Of a stretch of 64,000 bases of DNA, positions 63,401 through 64,000 are shown one piece after another; the stretch's first letter is position 1; each line of letters starts with the position of its first letter. The DNA is from Paragordius varius (lineage: Eukaryota > Animalia > Nematomorpha). The stretch spans positions 2,728,001 to 2,792,000 of the forward strand of contig OZ176059.1 in NCBI GenBank assembly GCA_964247055.1. The letters run 5' to 3'. Under the pieces are notes generated by a model. It was not told where the DNA came from and did no database searches. It saw only the letters and a program-made list of their open reading frames with translations. Made by a program: the position numbers and the translations under genes.

Positions 63401-64000
63401 ACAAGAGTTCCGACATTCCATGTGCCAAATTTAAAGTTATTATTTTTAATATTAAATGATTTTTTCTCCGGTAACATTTCACTTTTTCGTAGATGTATTA
63501 TTTAAAAATATAATTATTATTATTATTATGCAGTATAAAAATATATAATATAAAGTTTCAAAGACGCTTTTATAAGTAGTATTTATTTATTATTATTTCG
63601 CTGTTGAACATGGTAAAAGTAATGAGGCTTGATTTTTATAGACTATATGCCCTTATAGCCAACCTCTTAACTCGGAGGAGAGAGTACCTTATTCGCTGTA
63701 CCAGGCTAGAGAGTGTCTAAAAAGACTTCGAATCTCTCAATCCGTTTGTAGATTTAAGTCTACGGCCGAGGGAGGTGCCTTTCTGGGCTTTGGAAGCTCC
63801 CACTCCATCTTTCGTTTTAAGTACTTATATTATCGTTATTATCATCTGGCTGCTGGTTATAGCGCCCAGATAAACCCGCTTTAAAACCATGTGTGTGAAT
63901 ACAGGCATTGTGGTATTTTGTAAGAAAATGAGACAGCCAATCTCAATTCCGCCACGCCCCACACACTAGTTTTCCTCCTTGTGGATTGATGTTCGTTGAC
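60427..64000 (-). mobile_element. Long-ORF RTE-like LINE antisense to DUS1L; the 5' UTR probably runs to or past the window end
   Basis: (tga)n-type tail at about 60427-60457, intact ORF, and a GC-richer structured region at 63600-64000. Confidence 0.85.
60457..63477 (-). CDS. AP endonuclease + reverse transcriptase polyprotein with an internal C4HC3 (PHD-like) finger, 1006 aa
   Basis: FGTWNVGTL, CCLQETR, IGGDFNGH, QIDFVL; GLHQGSILSPLLF, MYADD; CSIC..CTKC..HKKC..CKAC at 61117-61248. Confidence 0.93.
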   Translation of the reverse strand: MLPEKKSFNIKNNNFKFGTWNVGTLVGKAWMIINAIKEQKLDICCLQETRFKNGGNYQHEGFTLYYEGGKSGKSGVAIAINDQIKDNIIDITRHSDRIIQMRVALNNTTLNILSIYTPQQGQNETTKQEFWNQLYQIAQNVPTNDILLIGGDFNGHIGMHADGYEGIHGGVGIGSRNKEGETLLEFCSAANLLICNTHFCKKPSQIHTYKSGNHTSQIDFVLLNQQLRKIITNFKTYEYDTQHKLIVAFLIINKNRPSPKKLPQLNVAKLNDPKTKHQYINQITPELKHSPNNVHDGWEHLKNTLLSNVSKICGRKRTKTKSQWWWQSDIKPLLNEKRDAFKKWKASKHDDDKHFYIMIKKRVKKIIADKMNERCLEMAKKLEGEIKNLKVFKTLKNINNNKKDIWVVKAIKDKNNNTVTDTLSIQNVWTQYMQNTLNFQHSNVEIPNLPPVIGPPPIITAEDVSLAMQKCKINKASGPTEIKTEMYKNIPEAITYFTELFNLIIMEEKIPNDWNQSVIIPIYKNKGDMLNCASYRPLKLLEHATKLFEIIIEKKIRQLCSIDENQFGFQQGISTSDAIFILRRLQENYRCKNKTLYHIFIDLSRAFDCIPRSMITFALRKKEIPEWIIRIINLLYENTTSCVRTPVGDTNQFPVTVGLHQGSILSPLLFIIIMDVITDNIKTGLPFEMMYADDIILTATSETDIINKYNLWKSTLEKFGLKINTDKTKTLITGSPVPVIKFPCSICHSEVKLNSIKCTKCQLWVHKKCSQIKGSLLGIENFICKACATPDINPNNPTQTTYLPTTNIEIVNKYNYLGDTIAADMNIKNAITTRSHQAWAKFHQLKYIMKHKHISNPNKGKIYTIAIRPALTYASECWPLNQTNENKLCDIERKILNSCLTNQYHNDKTNNNKSIHNLFHIAPMSSFLRANRLRYWGHIERSNSWINKIRSFHPNGNLKRGRPYHDWEKTLSNDLHLTQLNKDDCLDRKLFRSRIWKLAHAGQTTT

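Noticed and set aside
63690-63800. Possible HDV-like ribozyme in the 5' UTR of the second LINE (ggcacctccctcggcc, gtaga/tctac hairpin on the minus strand)
   Set aside because: I could not assemble P1, P1.1 and P2; L3 is too long. It needs a descriptor-based search.

Overview
AT-rich invertebrate animal genomic DNA, not prokaryotic. Four protein-coding genes can be rebuilt by hand with consistent GT-AG splicing: SAP30-like (minus, 5104-5662, 4 exons), an HMGB-type double HMG-box gene (plus, 6264-7226, 5 exons, head-to-head with SAP30), a 23-exon laminin gamma-1-type gene (plus, 20858-47360, about 2015 aa, swollen by in-frame low-complexity insertions) and DUS1L (plus, 53309 to at least 60263, 3' end uncertain). 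Introns and intergenic DNA are packed with mobile elements: two long-ORF APE-RT LINEs antisense in or next to genes (one with a PHD-like finger inside the RT), RTE 3' fragments, piggyBac-like and hAT-like MITEs, a nine-copy foldback MITE family and a dispersed tandem-array element. Three observations stand out. (1) There are 24-, 24- and 26-nt spliceosomal introns that must be removed (stop or frameshift) in a genome whose other introns reach kilobases. (2) The foldback MITE lies only inside introns, usually within 8-90 nt of a splice site, and its orientation tracks donor versus acceptor. (3) Three short inverted-repeat insertions each carry a hammerhead-ribozyme core, two canonical and one variant; one has a 13-bp target-site duplication and a visible empty site in sibling elements. 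All calls come from reading the sequence by eye; no database searches or folding programs were run.
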